A DNA stretch of 62,126 bases, filler included, from Choristocarpus tenellus KU-1152 (GCA_964200185.2; 13 parts of 13 records of this genome joined end to end with filler, not necessarily neighbours in it), one strand, 5' to 3'. Counted from the whole stretch's first letter, positions 11,521 to 23,955 are shown. Translations and numbers: made by a program. Notes: generated from the sequence alone by a model not told the origin.

Positions 11521-12430
11521 ATCTCATTGAAGACACGCCCGATCGAATGAGAATCAAGACTCACTGCCTGAAGAGACGGAGTCTGTGTTGGTGAACGCAG
11601 GAGTCAGCGAACATGCTACTCTGTAATTTCTAGATTGAAGAAAAATATCCACGCAGATAATCAAGAAGTTAAGTTGCAGGTAACGACCTCCTCTCGACGT
11701 TGTGTGCCGTGGAACATTCTTACTATGGGAATGAGATAAATGTTCTGTTACCACAGATGCCCCACTCTGCAAGCCAAGCCGGGTTAAACATGGATGATTC
11801 AAACTGAGGTGGACTTTCATCACAATTCGGGGGAAAGAAGCAAAAATATGAGCTCAAATATTTGGAGGATACAGTGCATGACGACCATACCATCCTGTTT
11901 CCCATCCTTGTTCGACCAAGGGGACTTTGACAGATCGCCAGCTGTCTAGGTATTTTGAATTCTGTAGGCGAATCAGCGAAAATCAAGTGACAAAATTCGC
12001 ATCTGGAGGCACAGAGTTGTCTATCAGCATCGTTCACTATTTGAGTAAACTAATGTGCTTCAGACAGCACTAATTAAATTAGATATCCCATTTACCTCTT
12101 TGGGGGGGGCTGTTGGCCTCTCAGCTTGGATGAACAGTGTGTGACTGGTGCTGTACCCCAGCATCTCTGCCTGGTTGTCTCTTGCGTTCTGCCTCCAGGG
12201 TACCTACACACCTTTCCAATTGAACCGTGGTCGTTGGGTGGAATGGCGACCAGGAGTTTTGTCCTGGGCGGGTCCAGATATGTAGCAGGTATCGACGTCC
12301 ACTTGACCAGCTCTTTTACTGCCTGTGTGGACCTTCAAGGGTGTACTGCCCACTGCCAGAGCGGTCTTTCGAAGAGGAAAATGAATGAGGGTGTGGAAAC
12401 GAGACTAGGGGGATCAGAGGACGAGGTTAA

Positions 12431-12589
12431 GACCTAAAGTATCTGGGGGGGAGGAGGGGGGGGGGGTCTAAACCAGGGTGTCCATTTGGCCAAACCAGGA
12501 AAAGTGCACTTACATTATCCATCCGACATATGCAACCAAATCACTCAAAAATCGCAGCATGAAAAAATTGATTCCAAATGGGCAGCCGC
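12431..12589. mobile_element. MITE family C copy, cut by contig end
   Basis: GACCTAAAGTATCTG-polyG-TCTAAACCAGGGTGTCCATTTGG...AAATGGGCAGCCGC. Confidence 0.85.
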
Positions 12590-12710
12590 NNNNNNNNNNN
12601 NNNNNNNNNNNNNNNNNNNNNNNNNNNNNNNNNTTAATTAATTAANNNNNNNNNNNNNNNNNNNNNNNNNNNNNNNNNNNNNNNNNNNNTTGTGTATAGA
12701 AGGTAGTGGG

Positions 12711-12729
12711 TGGGGGGGGGGGGGGGGGG

Positions 12730-12772
<43 letters not shown>

Positions 12773-12922
12773 CTACACCAGGGTGTCCATTTGAACCAAT
12801 ATCGGGAAAAGTGCATTTACATTTATCCATCCAACGTATGCAGACAAATCACCCAAAAATCGCGATATGAAAAAATTGACCCCAAATGGACAGCCGCCAC
12901 CCCCACCCAGATACTTTTAGCC
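12711..12922. mobile_element. MITE family C copy
   Basis: polyG-TCTACACCAGGGTGTCCATTT...CAAATGGACAGCCGCCACCCC...CAGATACTTTTAGCC. Confidence 0.85.
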
Positions 12923-13705
12923 AATCTTTGAGAGTATGATGTGGTTGTGAGATGGGAGGGTTTGATAGGCCTGAATAGGCGATATGAATTGTAGAAAATA
13001 TAACAGAAAGGTCAATATTTTTTAATAAAGGACAGTCTTACATCTTCACAAACTCTATCCTTTGGTCGATAATTGTGTTGTCCACATTGTGAAGAGGTTC
13101 CATAAAACGGAGACCTTACAATAGGGTCGAATATATTCAATCTTATCAAAATTTCCTATCAGATCTGCTCAAGGTGTAGCAGGTACGTCCAGAGGTGAGG
13201 TGAGTGTTCTCTATAATGTTTGTGGATGACGGCACTATATATGTTTGTGCACTGTACATGTAAAAAACATCTCCGAAGATGACCCAGCCTTGCTGCCAAA
13301 ATGCATGATCAAGCACATTAAAAGTTGCTCATTGACAATGCATAGTAACAAAAAAGTCTGAATCTACCCCACTACCCACTCACAGTATTGCGGTTGACAT
13401 TTCCCGTTGAAGGCAATAGCGTGTCAATTGAAAAATAATCTTGAGCTGGCTTTTGATGTTCATGGACTCCTCAGTTATTGAAAATCCTGGAAGGACTTGG
13501 GGTTTATTTTGGTTGTGAGAACATCTCTTGTGCTGTCGGTACTTCAATAGACCATTCTCCGTTGCAGCCTTTTTATGACAGTCCAGTGTTGGTGTGGTTC
13601 ACCGCAACAACTTTAATGCCAGTGATCACAAAGTCTATCTGCTGTTCTCAAACGCTCATGCTTTGACTGCTTCTTCTTGGCGTGCTGGTTTCCCTTACAA
13701 CCCAG

Positions 13706-16681
13706 GTACGATTAGAGGGACTTCATACAAGGGAGGAGGTTGCAGCAATGGTGATCCGGGACAACAAGCAGGTGTCCATGTCTGAGATGTGCCTATGATA
13801 CCTCAGAAATCACCTCCATGCCCCACCACGATTTCCTGTTTCAAAGGCAAATTCACTCGTTCCTCAAAGCAACAGTCTGCATCTATTTTCTTCATGGTTG
13901 TGACATACTGTGTAACAGCAGTTTTCAGGCATTGATGGACACTGAAAAATCAGTAGCTCTTTTTTTTGTATCATCACTGCACCGTTTGTTAGAAGATATT
14001 TCTAAGAATTTCACATCATCCCTGGCATCAATCCTATTCATCGCTGCTCCGAGCTGAAAGCTGGCAGAAATAGGAACATTGGTCCGCAGGACAGAGTAAG
14101 AGGGCTACATGGATCGGTTGAGTCATCCTGCTGTGGTTAATGCATCTATAGCACAGTATCACAAGTGCAGTCTAAGATCTCTGATTCTTCAATGAAGGCT
14201 GTAAAGTAGATTGCGATCACAGGATGAAGCTCAACTAAAAGTACAGCAATTTTCATTTTCTGGTGGAAGGTACACATAGAAGTGTAAATGAAAGGCTCCG
14301 TCAGTTACTCATCCTTTTGCCTGCTTCATAATGCAGCCCGCCATGATTTTCTAAAGTTGATTGGGTAATGTATTATACAGGAAGGAAAGCTGAGCACTAA
14401 TTCCATGGTCATCACTATGAAATAATCCGGGTTAGATGGTAAAAACAGAGCATGGTCCAGGTGACGAGTCAAAGTAAGCAAGAGTTACCCAGAGTTGCAT
14501 TTTAAGGATGCTAAAAAATGTGCAAAATTCAGCTTTTTCTACAAATGTGTATAGGATATGCACTGAACTGTGTCTAAAAATCTCAAAGAATAGAGTAGTG
14601 AACACTCCCAGGTCAACTTAGAACTTCATCCATAGAAATAAGGGTGAATTGGAAAAGATTGAAAAAAGACCTGAAATGCAAACAGTCAAAATGTGGGCCC
14701 CTCTGAGTGAAAGTATCTAAGCTTTTCCCTGTTTGTCCATTTGGGGCTTGACTTCCCACAGGTTTTTAATGACACTTTACCTACTCCAAAATGTTTTGGA
14801 ATAGGTAAAATGTGTGTGTTATGAAAAGGAGTGTCCAGACAAGGATATTGACATCTAACAAATATGATAGCCAAAATTACATCAAATTGCAACATTGAAT
14901 TTTGGCCCCCATATGGACACGACCCTACCCTCTAAGATAATTTGACTCTGGTTGTTTACTTTATGGAGGGGTAGGCAGGTTTAGACCCTCCTGCCTTCTA
15001 AGCCATCTATCTTACCCTGTGAAATGCACTCTATTTCATTTCTTTAAGTGCACAATAGTGTATGCAAAATTGATTATTCCCTCTTTCCACACACAAAGTG
15101 ACGTCACAATTCTGGAATGGCTCTCCTTCTGCACTTGTTCAAAATCGCATCTTATTGCCCTTTCTCAGGATCCTCGAAACGCATCTCTGCCTACCTCTAA
15201 ATTTGTCTGAATAGTTTCAAGTACTTTGTCAACTCTCTAGTTGAAAACCATGTAACAGTCTTCCTTCCTACCTGTGGTTTCCATCTCATGAAGGCTAGCC
15301 TTTCTGCTTCACCTGAGGATGCATCCCTGCTTCCATGGATGAAGCACGGTCAACCCAAAGTCGTGAATGAAGATGAGGATGGATGGGATTTTGCGAGCCC
15401 ATTGGTAGTTTCAGAGAAGCTTGCAGCTGAAATGCTTGATGAATTGCTTGGGAGGGACAGGGGGAGGAACGATGATGGAACAGGTGTATTACCCCCACCA
15501 CCAGAGTTTAACTTGAAGCCAGAGGATGTGCATCGGCACAGGTGAAGCACAGAAAAGGTTTTAGGGGTTGGAGAGGGAATGAAAGGCAGGGAAAGGCCTT
15601 CACAAAATGGATACTGTTATTATAAGGGTATAGCAGATTGCGTATGCATCTGCTCACTGCGTTAAGCCCTCGATTGAGTGTGTAAAAGCCAGATATTTTC
15701 TTTCCAGAGTCGCAAGTTGCATGAGCAGATCGGACTGCAGGACTTTTCAGTCTTCATACCACCTCCTACTAATCTCAATAATGGACACATTGACATATCC
15801 ATCCACATACGCATAACTATCTCCAACCAATGAGGGCAGGCTCACATATAGATAGAGCTGTTGGGAGCTGTACTTCATTTTCAAAATGCAAGCTGTAGTG
15901 GTGGTGATATAGTTTCAACTTTGATGGCTATGGCGTCATTATTTACCTTCATGAACTTTCCAGCCCATGATAAACATGAATGGACTCCATGCAGCAAAGA
16001 ATGATCTAACCCTCCATCACTTTTTCCCCTAATCATAAACAAGGTTCCCACTATTTGTGGATGAGGCCTCTGCAACCAGGAAGGCTGAGGACGTTGATGA
16101 GCTTATGCCTCCTGTTGACTTTGTTGACCTCGATTTTGCTCAACTCAAGGAAGTGGAGGTTCGTACTCATTAGGTTGTGTTGCTCACCAGGGTCTTTCTT
16201 TCAGATATGATGATCCCATCAGTTTGATTCATCGCTGCACCCTTAGATGCATGTTCTGTCACACTTGGTGCAACTGCTTGCTCTCAGCTCTTGCTCAAAG
16301 ATTAACAACAATTTTCTGGTGAAACCTTATTTTGGTTGTACCTTACTCTTTAACTCTGCATGATTGTTTTAATCGGACACATATGCTGTACGACAAACAA
16401 GCATTTTCCCTCTTGCCTACAAGTAGCCCTCCAACTTGCCATCAGCCTATCGGAGTCTTGGATGCCAACTACAATATCACTGCAGTGGCCATACTTCTGC
16501 CCATATCCTCGAACCTGATCTCAACTTTCCTATGTTCCCAATCTTCCACCCATTGTCAAGTCAGGAGTGGAAGTCGATGGGCTACGAAGAAGTCCAACCC
16601 CCCCCAATTGGATCTTACCTCAGTCTGGAGTATTCTCGACCTCTCAGAACTGGGGCTTATGAGGAATACGGTGTCCGCCAG
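13706..16681 (+). CDS. Probable CFAP221/PCDP1-like axonemal central-pair protein, internal exons (13706-13771, 15294-15541, 16080-16158, 16565-16681)
   Basis: Phase-compatible GT-AG exons. LDFAQLKEVEEWKSMGYEEVQPPPIGSYLSLEYSRPLRTGAYEE resembles, from memory, the CFAP221 C-terminal Y...RxLxxGAxxE motif. Confidence 0.5.
14466..14704. mobile_element. MITE family B copy whose right TIR is interrupted by a family A copy
   Basis: Colinear with 34407-34663. A TIR remnant, TGTTTACTTT, resumes at ~14953. Confidence 0.8.
14705..14948. mobile_element. MITE family A copy nested in family B
   Basis: GAGTGAAAGTATCT...CCCTCTAAGATAATTTGACTC. Confidence 0.9.
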
Positions 16682-17550
16682 GTGAAACCCCAAACTATCA
16701 TAAACTATCATAATGAGGAGGTAGTAAGCGTTGGAAAAGGGTTGGGTCATCAAACAAGCCTGGAAATTTTGTTCTATGTGTTGACTTTGAAGTAGATCCC
16801 ATGAACTATTGTTTTCTAGTTGCCAGGATTCTCCAACTTATGGCATCCTGGGATTTCCGTCCCCGTCCCTCAGGTGTTATTGAGAAGTAAATAGCTCTCG
16901 CATTTGAAAAAATATATATTACACAACAAAGCCCCTCAGGTGTAGTGAAGGAGACAAAGACCACTATTATTGATTGTGTTGAATCAACAAACGCACAATG
17001 GTGAATTTAGGCTTACAGTAGACCTAACTATGGATGATGCCAAAATATAAGGGTGTCAGGAAAAACGGATTATTTTGTTCCAATATAGCAACTATGCCAT
17101 GCCATTTGTGAAGTGCCATTTGTTTGTACATCATCCCCTAATGCTTCAATCCTGGCATGACTCTCCATACTCGATCTATAGACTAAGATGGGCCAAAGTA
17201 AACAGGAAGTACACAGGTTTGGGACATTTTTCATTAAGAGCCACACATTTTGCAATTCACCCATATTTCTGTGGATGAAATGCCAAGATTGACTTGAAAG
17301 CATTGGTTTCACTGTGGTCTGAATTTTTTGACAGAATTAATAAAGGCCCTTGATGCTTTTGTACAAAAAGTCGAATTTCGTGCACATACCTCTCAGTACC
17401 TTTGACGTTTTGCGCTCCTTACCTTATTCTCCTGATCACCTGATAGACCTTTCAGGCAAGGGAGAAGAAAGAAGACCATCCTAATTGTTAACCTCAGAAT
17501 GTTGCGTAGTGTCGAGTCTCTTTTTCTTCTCTTTGTTTTCCAGAGGATTT

Positions 17551-17640
17551 GGCTCAAAGTATCCAGGGGGGGGGGAGGGGGTTTACGAGTGAAAGTATCT
17601 TAGAGGGNNNNNNNNNNTTTAATTTTTTTTTTTTTTTTTG

Positions 17641-17671
<31 letters not shown>

Positions 17672-18035
17672 GGAGGTTTTTGAAAAAAAGTTGGGGGGGG
17701 GGGGGGGGGGGGTTTACGAGTGAAAGTATCTTAGAGGGTACGAATTTTGCCCAGTTTCTCCATTTGGGGCTTGGCTTCCACGGGTTTTTAATGGCATTTT
17801 ACCTACTCCAAAATGTTTCGGAGTAGGTATAATATATGCGTTATGAAAAGGAGTGTCCAGACAAGGATATTGACATCTAACAAATATGATAACCAAAATT
17901 ACATCAAGATTGCAACATTGGATTTTGGCCTCCAAAATGGACGTGGCTCTACCCTCTAAGATACTTTGACTCTTACACCAGGGTGTCCATTCAAGCCCTG
18001 ACCAGGAGAAGTGCACTTACATTACCCATCCAATG
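17551..18035. mobile_element. MITE family C copy with nested family A (17718-17972, TSD TTAC)
   Basis: GGCTCAAAGTATCCAG-polyG-TTAC[A element]TTAC-ACCAGGGTGTCCAT. Removing A restores the family C consensus. Confidence 0.9.
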
Positions 18036-18549
18036 CACTTACTATTTCCTGGCACTAGTTCTACTGGATCTTGATAAGGAAATTACATAATCTCCAGTCT
18101 CCCAATAGATGCTGGACCTGAGGCATTGGTATCTGCATTGGTTGGTGACAAATATTTCCCCACTTCCTGCACTTGCATTCATCAGGGTATTTTCTCCTAT
18201 CTACCAATATTTCCTTCTGCTTTGCTATGAACATGGTTAGTTTTAATTGGGTCTTTTTTCGAAATAGCTTGCCCACAAATCAGAGAAGGACAGGTCACCC
18301 TCTTTGTAGACATCAAGAAACAATTTACGCCACTGTCCAATATGTTTGAGGATGTATTTTACCCTTCTGAATCTGTTCCCACTTATGTTATACCCCCTCT
18401 ATTCACCCGTTTCTCCTGTACAAGGTACAAAGTAGGTTGGGTGGTGGGTGGACTTTCTGTAGATAGAGCGAACCGTTACAGCAAACTTCACCAAAAAAAT
18501 AAAGTTTTGCGCAGACAGTTAAGTATTTCCACTGATAATATAGGTAGCA

Positions 18550-18666
18550 GAGCCAAAGTACCTTAGAGGGTAGGGCTGCGTCCATTTGGGGGTCAAAATC
18601 CAATGTTTTGATTTTGATGTAATTTTCGCTATCATATTTGTTAGTAAGTGTCAATACCCTTGTTCC
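18550..18666. mobile_element. MITE family A, partial at contig end
   Basis: GAGCCAAAGTACCTTAGAGGGTAGGGCTGCGTCCATTTGGGG. Confidence 0.85.
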
Positions 18667-18814
18667 NNNNNNNNNNNNNNNNNNNNNNNNNNNNNNNNNN
18701 NNNNNNNNNNTTAATTAATTAANNNNNNNNNNNNNNNNNNNNNNNNNNNNNNNNNNNNNNNNNNNNAAAACTATCAAAAACCGGGCCACGAAACCCCGGG
18801 GCCCCGATGGCACC

Positions 18815-18863
18815 GTGCACCCCCCCCCCCCCCCCCTCTCCCGCCCCCCAGATACTTTGAGCC
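18815..18863. mobile_element. MITE family C terminus
   Basis: polyC-CAGATACTTTGAGCC. Confidence 0.7.
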
Positions 18864-19271
18864 TTGTGTACTGTGATGAGCTATGGATTCAACACAACTA
18901 TGAGAATGAGTGCATCCAAGGTAAACTGCAAACGTAGTTGTAGTCGTAGGAGCCAGGCTTGGCGGTACTGGCTTTATCTCACACGTAAATATCTCTTGGG
19001 CATTAAAAAAAAAGCTCCTCCAAAGATCATTCTTGAGAGTATCTACCCACAGAAAGTCAGGCCAAATCAATGCACTGAAGAGGTTGTAATAAAAAAAAAG
19101 CTGTTACAAATGTGACACAAGCCTGAGGCATTGAAAAAATCGTTCTCGGTGGTACATACGAGACAACTTCTAAACATCGAGACGTCAGCTGCACCTCGCT
19201 CACGCCACGTCCACACGGCCGAAGAAAACATTCGATTCAGATCGCGAACTCTTCATGGAGGGCCAGCTTAC

Positions 19272-20027
19272 CTGCCCAACTATGTGCTGATCTAGTCGGT
19301 CGACGACTTCCCGAGGCTTCAGAGCGCCATCCATATCCTCCACAGGTTGCTCTACGCTCAAAACGAAATTCTGTTGAGGCATACGTGATGTAGTGTAGCA
19401 GAGACTTGGTTGATTCTAAGAGCATGCAAACCAGAAGAGTTGAACGTCAAAAAAGGGAGATTGCTACAACATCATCCACTCTTAATATCCAATACAAGTC
19501 AGGCGAACCGCAATGCGGCACCATCAGACCACGGCACCTTGGCAGACACTCGATCACATCCTGGAAACTAAAGCCACCATCCAACCATTGATGTACTGAT
19601 GCTGGATATTCCATCTGTTCTCACCCCCTCTCACCACAACTGGTAAACTGGAAAGTAATGGCCGTCTTCAGCAGTAACACTTCAATTTGGTATGAACAAC
19701 GAGACTATGTACGATGAGAGTAAATTGGCAGTCGCTACTCCATGCTCCAAAGACGAACACAACAAGTGCGATTTTACGGCTCCAACAAGATGAGCTTTAT
19801 TTTTACCCAGCTAGAGTCGCCACTATATGTACCACCTGTTTAAAGTTCACCTTCAACTCATCCCTCTCTGGATCCGCCATAACAAGGGCATCTGACAAAA
19901 ATCGCGCCCCCGGCACATCATCCAAAGATGGTCGCAACCCACTGCAACGGGAGGTCCTTTGCAGACCAAGAGTAACACCAGACACCGTCCCAGGGGGCCT
20001 GCGTAGCAGCCTCAACGCTGTATTCAT
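19272..20027 (-). CDS. hslU: Mitochondrial HslU (ClpY) ATPase, 5' exons (19851-20027, 19272-19370)
   Basis: Arg-rich presequence MNTALRLLRRPP. Exon 2 ends LKPREVVDRLDQHIVGQ|GTAAGC, the HslU N-terminal motif. Both exons are phase 0. ClpX cannot be fully excluded. Confidence 0.75.
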
Positions 20028-20638
20028 TCTTGCGTGACTTTGCTTGTCCAAGTCCCTGCGCGATCAGTCACCAAACCAGATCAGTCACCAAAACCCCACG
20101 TTTCACTCTTGAAGGAGATATCACTTTCCACACCTGCAACCCTTCGTAGAGAACCCAACAAACCTTCGCGCGAGACGTATTCACAAGGCAATGGCGTGTT
20201 CAAGATTCTATCTTAAGAGGTTGTGGAGGAGTTCAGGTGGAGATGTCCCTCTCACTTTTGGTGTATCATAGTCTATAAAGACATCGACCCAGAGCGCCCA
20301 GAGCGAGAACAACAATATCCAATTCAACTATTAGTTCGACCAACCTTCAAACTTCATAGTATTTGCAACCTTCACAGTGAATGACATTTCACCACAATGA
20401 GGTCGAGCGTTGAGGTTTAAAATAGAAGAGGTTTTCTAGCCGCAGTAACTTAATGGGAGTGGAGGAGTGGGCGTAGGGCAATTTATCAACTTACGTTGCC
20501 CCTACTACGAGTGACCTTTCAGAGGTTGCGAGTATACGTACGCCCTGCTAGGTGTTGAGTTGGTGTACCTAACATAAATACGAGACTTTCCAACTGATCC
20601 CAAGCGGTTTCTATTTGTGTGTATGCTGTGGCAAGGAG
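20028..20638. promoter_or_regulatory. Putative bidirectional promoter between hslU and the carrier gene
   Basis: Divergent ATGs ~610 bp apart on the same contig. Confidence 0.5.
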
Positions 20639-21052
20639 ATGGGGAAGCTCGATCCGGGTGGAGGGGGGGGACTTCAGGCAATTCTTCGAGAGAGTGGGGA
20701 GACCGCCTGTACTGGAGCGACAGCTGGAGTTTTCAGTGTGAGCTCTTTGATGTGGCTAGATACGATCATCACCTACCAGCAGAAGTATGGCACGAGATTA
20801 CGTCCCACGGCGGCGTTGCTTTGGAAGGAGGGTGGTGTCCGCCGATTCTATCGTGGAATAGTGCCGTCCCTTGCTATTGTTCCCATCTGCCGCTTCGGAG
20901 ACACCTTCTGCAATGCCTTGGCCCTGAACCTTCTCCAGAGTGCTGGATCAAGGGATTCCGGGAAAACGATCCCGGTGGAAGTGGCGACTCTTGTGGGATC
21001 ACTTGGTGCGGGGGTATTTCGAGCGCTAATCCTTCCCCTCGACACGTTGAAG
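20639..21052 (+). CDS. Mitochondrial carrier (SLC25-like) protein, first exon
   Basis: LMWLDTIITYQQKYG...LWKEGGVRRFYRG...RFGDT...LPLDTLK|GTAAGG, including the PxDxxK signature. Confidence 0.9.
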
Positions 21053-22736
21053 GTAAGGAGTTGTTAACATATGTTACGTATTCGTGGTGCGTGAGTCAAC
21101 CAGGCCACCGTGGTGGGATTCGTGGAAAAAATAAGTTCAGGGGTCCGTTCAACCGTCAGTAACCCTCGCTCTTCCCCTTTAGGATGTATCAGTTGCGAGT
21201 TGCAACATGCCGTTGCAAATTTAGTTACACTCGGACGGGAATTTGTTGTACAAAGTTCTACTGGAGATTAGGGTTACCTGCTGACCCGAGTTACCATTTG
21301 TACCGTGCTCGATATCATCACTCTTGGAGCTAGAATACTGTTCACCAGACTTCGCAGCAAGTGCGGATGCCCTCGAGGTTCGGTGGAGCTTGAGACTTGT
21401 CGCCCTTTGGCTGGGTCACTTTCTGTGCGGGGGATCTCTGTTCCGTCTGTGCCTACCACGACCTCTTTTTTTGTCCGAACTACATGACAACAACAGCATG
21501 AATAGCTCTGTAACAAAATGGAGGGATATTTGTATATATGTGCAATCAAAACTACAAGGCCCGTAAATACTTGACCTTCGGAGTGAGAACGGTACCTTGC
21601 GCAATGCCATGTCTGAGACCACTGCTGTCGAGGGATTGGTTTGTACCGTAACTAGACAGAAGCACATGCAAGTCAAGATTGTCTGTCGGACCAACCCTTG
21701 GGAGATACGATTCACGAGCTGGCGATGATCTCTGCTGGGCACTGACAGAGCACCAAGCCTTAGTTTGGGCAGATGATTCGCAGGCGTTACGCGGTTAAGG
21801 GTTAGGACAAAGCTCCGGGTAAGGCGATCCTCCGACAAGACAAGAGTTTATTTAAATTAAATTTCGTGCACTGAACCGTCTTAAAACTTATTAAAATAAA
21901 TAAATAAATATATTTTGTCGTACATTGCTCCCCGGCACCTTGCTTGACATCGCTGGCTCTTGTGAGGAGGGGGGTGCGTTTTCCGTGCGTCTGTTTCTTT
22001 CGATGCATTAATAATAATAAGAAAAAAAATGAATGTGCCATGGCTACACATAAGAAGCATACATACATACTACATATATTTGTACATAGATCCTCTCTCC
22101 CACGTACCTACTAACCCCAAAATCTAGTGCACGTATCACGCGATATCGGATCGGATTGGATCGCCGTATGCCCTAGTTCGAACGTCGATTGAGTTCATCT
22201 CCAGCCCTACTACTGTACTTGTGATTCGATATACCAAGCACTAGTTGGTCCCTACCTCACATGGCAACGCTCTCCGTCGACAAGCATGGCTCTCCCGTGC
22301 TGTTACTAACCCTAACCCTAGCCGAGTGATTTCAATATAAGTTGATAGTGATGATGACCACAGTAGCAGTATCGGTGGAAAATACCTGGTAGTGCATACA
22401 GTGCGTGTAATGCACAGTTGAGTGCAATGGCGTGGAGAAGTTAGGGTTAGGGTGCGCGCATCAATACGATATTGATGATGACCACAGTAGTAGTATTGGT
22501 GGAAAGTACCTGTTCGTATGCTCTGTTGCATGTGGTACGTGCACATGAATGTGTGTATATATGTATGTTTTGTGTGTGTGTGGGGGGGGGGGGGGTTGTG
22601 CCATTTGTCTTTTGTCGGGTGGATTGGAATACACGGNNNNNNNNNNNNNNNNNNNNNNNNNNNNNNNNNNNNNNNNNNNNTTAATTAATTAANNNNNNNN
22701 NNNNNNNNNNNNNNNNNNNNNNNNNNNNNNNNNNNN

Positions 22737-22892
22737 CCTCTCCGCAATTTCTCTGGACAGCCCCCCTTCCTCCTTAAGACTGACAGGAATGTTGGCTCTC
22801 ATTCCAGGCAATGTGTAGTCGCAGTAGTAGCCTCGTACATAGTGCTTCGACCACCCCCATACCATCTTTATCAGGTTCAATTCACAGTGTCC
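22737..22892 (-). mobile_element. IS630/Tc1-mariner-type DDE transposase fragment
   Basis: HCELNLIKMVWGWSKHYVRG..CDYTLPGMRANIP matches the HCELNxIExxW motif, with the catalytic E apparently mutated. Confidence 0.7.
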
Positions 22893-23042
22893 TGTGAGGG
22901 GCAGGCGACAACTTGGAGCTTATTGGGCGTCACAGTGTCCTGTGAGTAGCTTACAACCCAACATGTTCTAATGTAGTTTACTACATGGAAACCGCAAAAA
23001 CAGTATTAAGCCGAGGCCCGTCCGCGTACCGTTTTGGTGGTT

Positions 23043-23351
23043 ACCAATCTTGACATTTTTGAAAAGGTTGCCCAACGAGTTAATCGACGATCAGTATATT
23101 CAATGAAAGCTCTTGATCTAGGCTATCGATTTACGCAAAGAAATTCTACGGTAAAAACATTTTTGGTCGTTTCATTTCGAAACATTTTCAAGGTTGTGCC
23201 GCAAACATTTGGTTAAAATTTAACCTTACCAAAATATTTTTACCGAAAAATTTCTTTCCGGAAATCGATAGCTTAGACCATGAGCTTTCATTCGACATGC
23301 TGATCGCCGATTAAATCGTTGGGCAACCTTTAAAAAAAAATCAAGACTGGT
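23043..23351. mobile_element. Foldback/MITE with ~125-bp imperfect inverted arms
   Basis: AAAGGTTGCCCAACGA...GAAAGCTC...CTATCGATTT versus AAATCGATAG...GAGCTTTC...TCGTTGGGCAACCTTT. Confidence 0.85.
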
Positions 23352-23549
23352 CTAATCCTAGAGGCGACTGCCAACACTATACACGAACTACTCCAACTAC
23401 TTTAGTATTATGCCCATCTAACATTTTCAGATGTGTTCAGGACAAAACCAAAAAAAAATATTAACATGTCAGAAATAAACCTAAAAGGTAACAGTTGTAA
23501 TAAATGTGAAAGATATGAATCTATTTGCCATTTGACCATCAGTAACGCT

Positions 23550-23955
23550 GCATCACTGCCTTCCTGTGTCTCCAACCTAGCTTAGTCCTGCACCCCAGGG
23601 TGAGGACCTAGGAAAACATCCCAATAATCTAGCAAGGCCCTCCTTTCCCATCTCCCTGGTGTCTCCAGCTTAAAACTCAAGACACGTGTAGATAGAGCTA
23701 CTTGCATTGTGACTGTGAGACTATCTGGCGTAGACAGGATTTGCCGGTCCCCTTCCAGTTGTAACCTCCTGCCCCTCTCCTCCCCACCACGTGCGTAGCT
23801 AGCTCATCCTGAAAACTTTCCACTTGCTTACTGAGGAGTCCAAAACTCTCCACCACGAAGGTGTTGAGGTCATATAACTACGAGGGTCAAAGATCCCTCG
23901 TAGTGGGTGCGTTTTCGCACCTCAGATGCATCAGCACCTACACCATTGCTGGTGG
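23550..23955 (-). mobile_element. CRE/SLACS-like non-LTR retrotransposon 3' end (restriction-like endonuclease region), decayed
   Basis: GADASEVRKRTHY..FDPRSY..NTFVVESFG. Homologous to 37190-37510. Confidence 0.75.

Noticed and set aside
17608-17717. Apparent duplication of a MITE end and a poly-Phe ORF
   Set aside because: Looks like a low-quality re-read of ~17520-17607 through poly-G across a 10-N gap; assembly artefact.
22882-22946. CRISPR-like repeat-spacer-repeat
   Set aside because: Only two 17-bp repeats, no cas genes, eukaryotic context.
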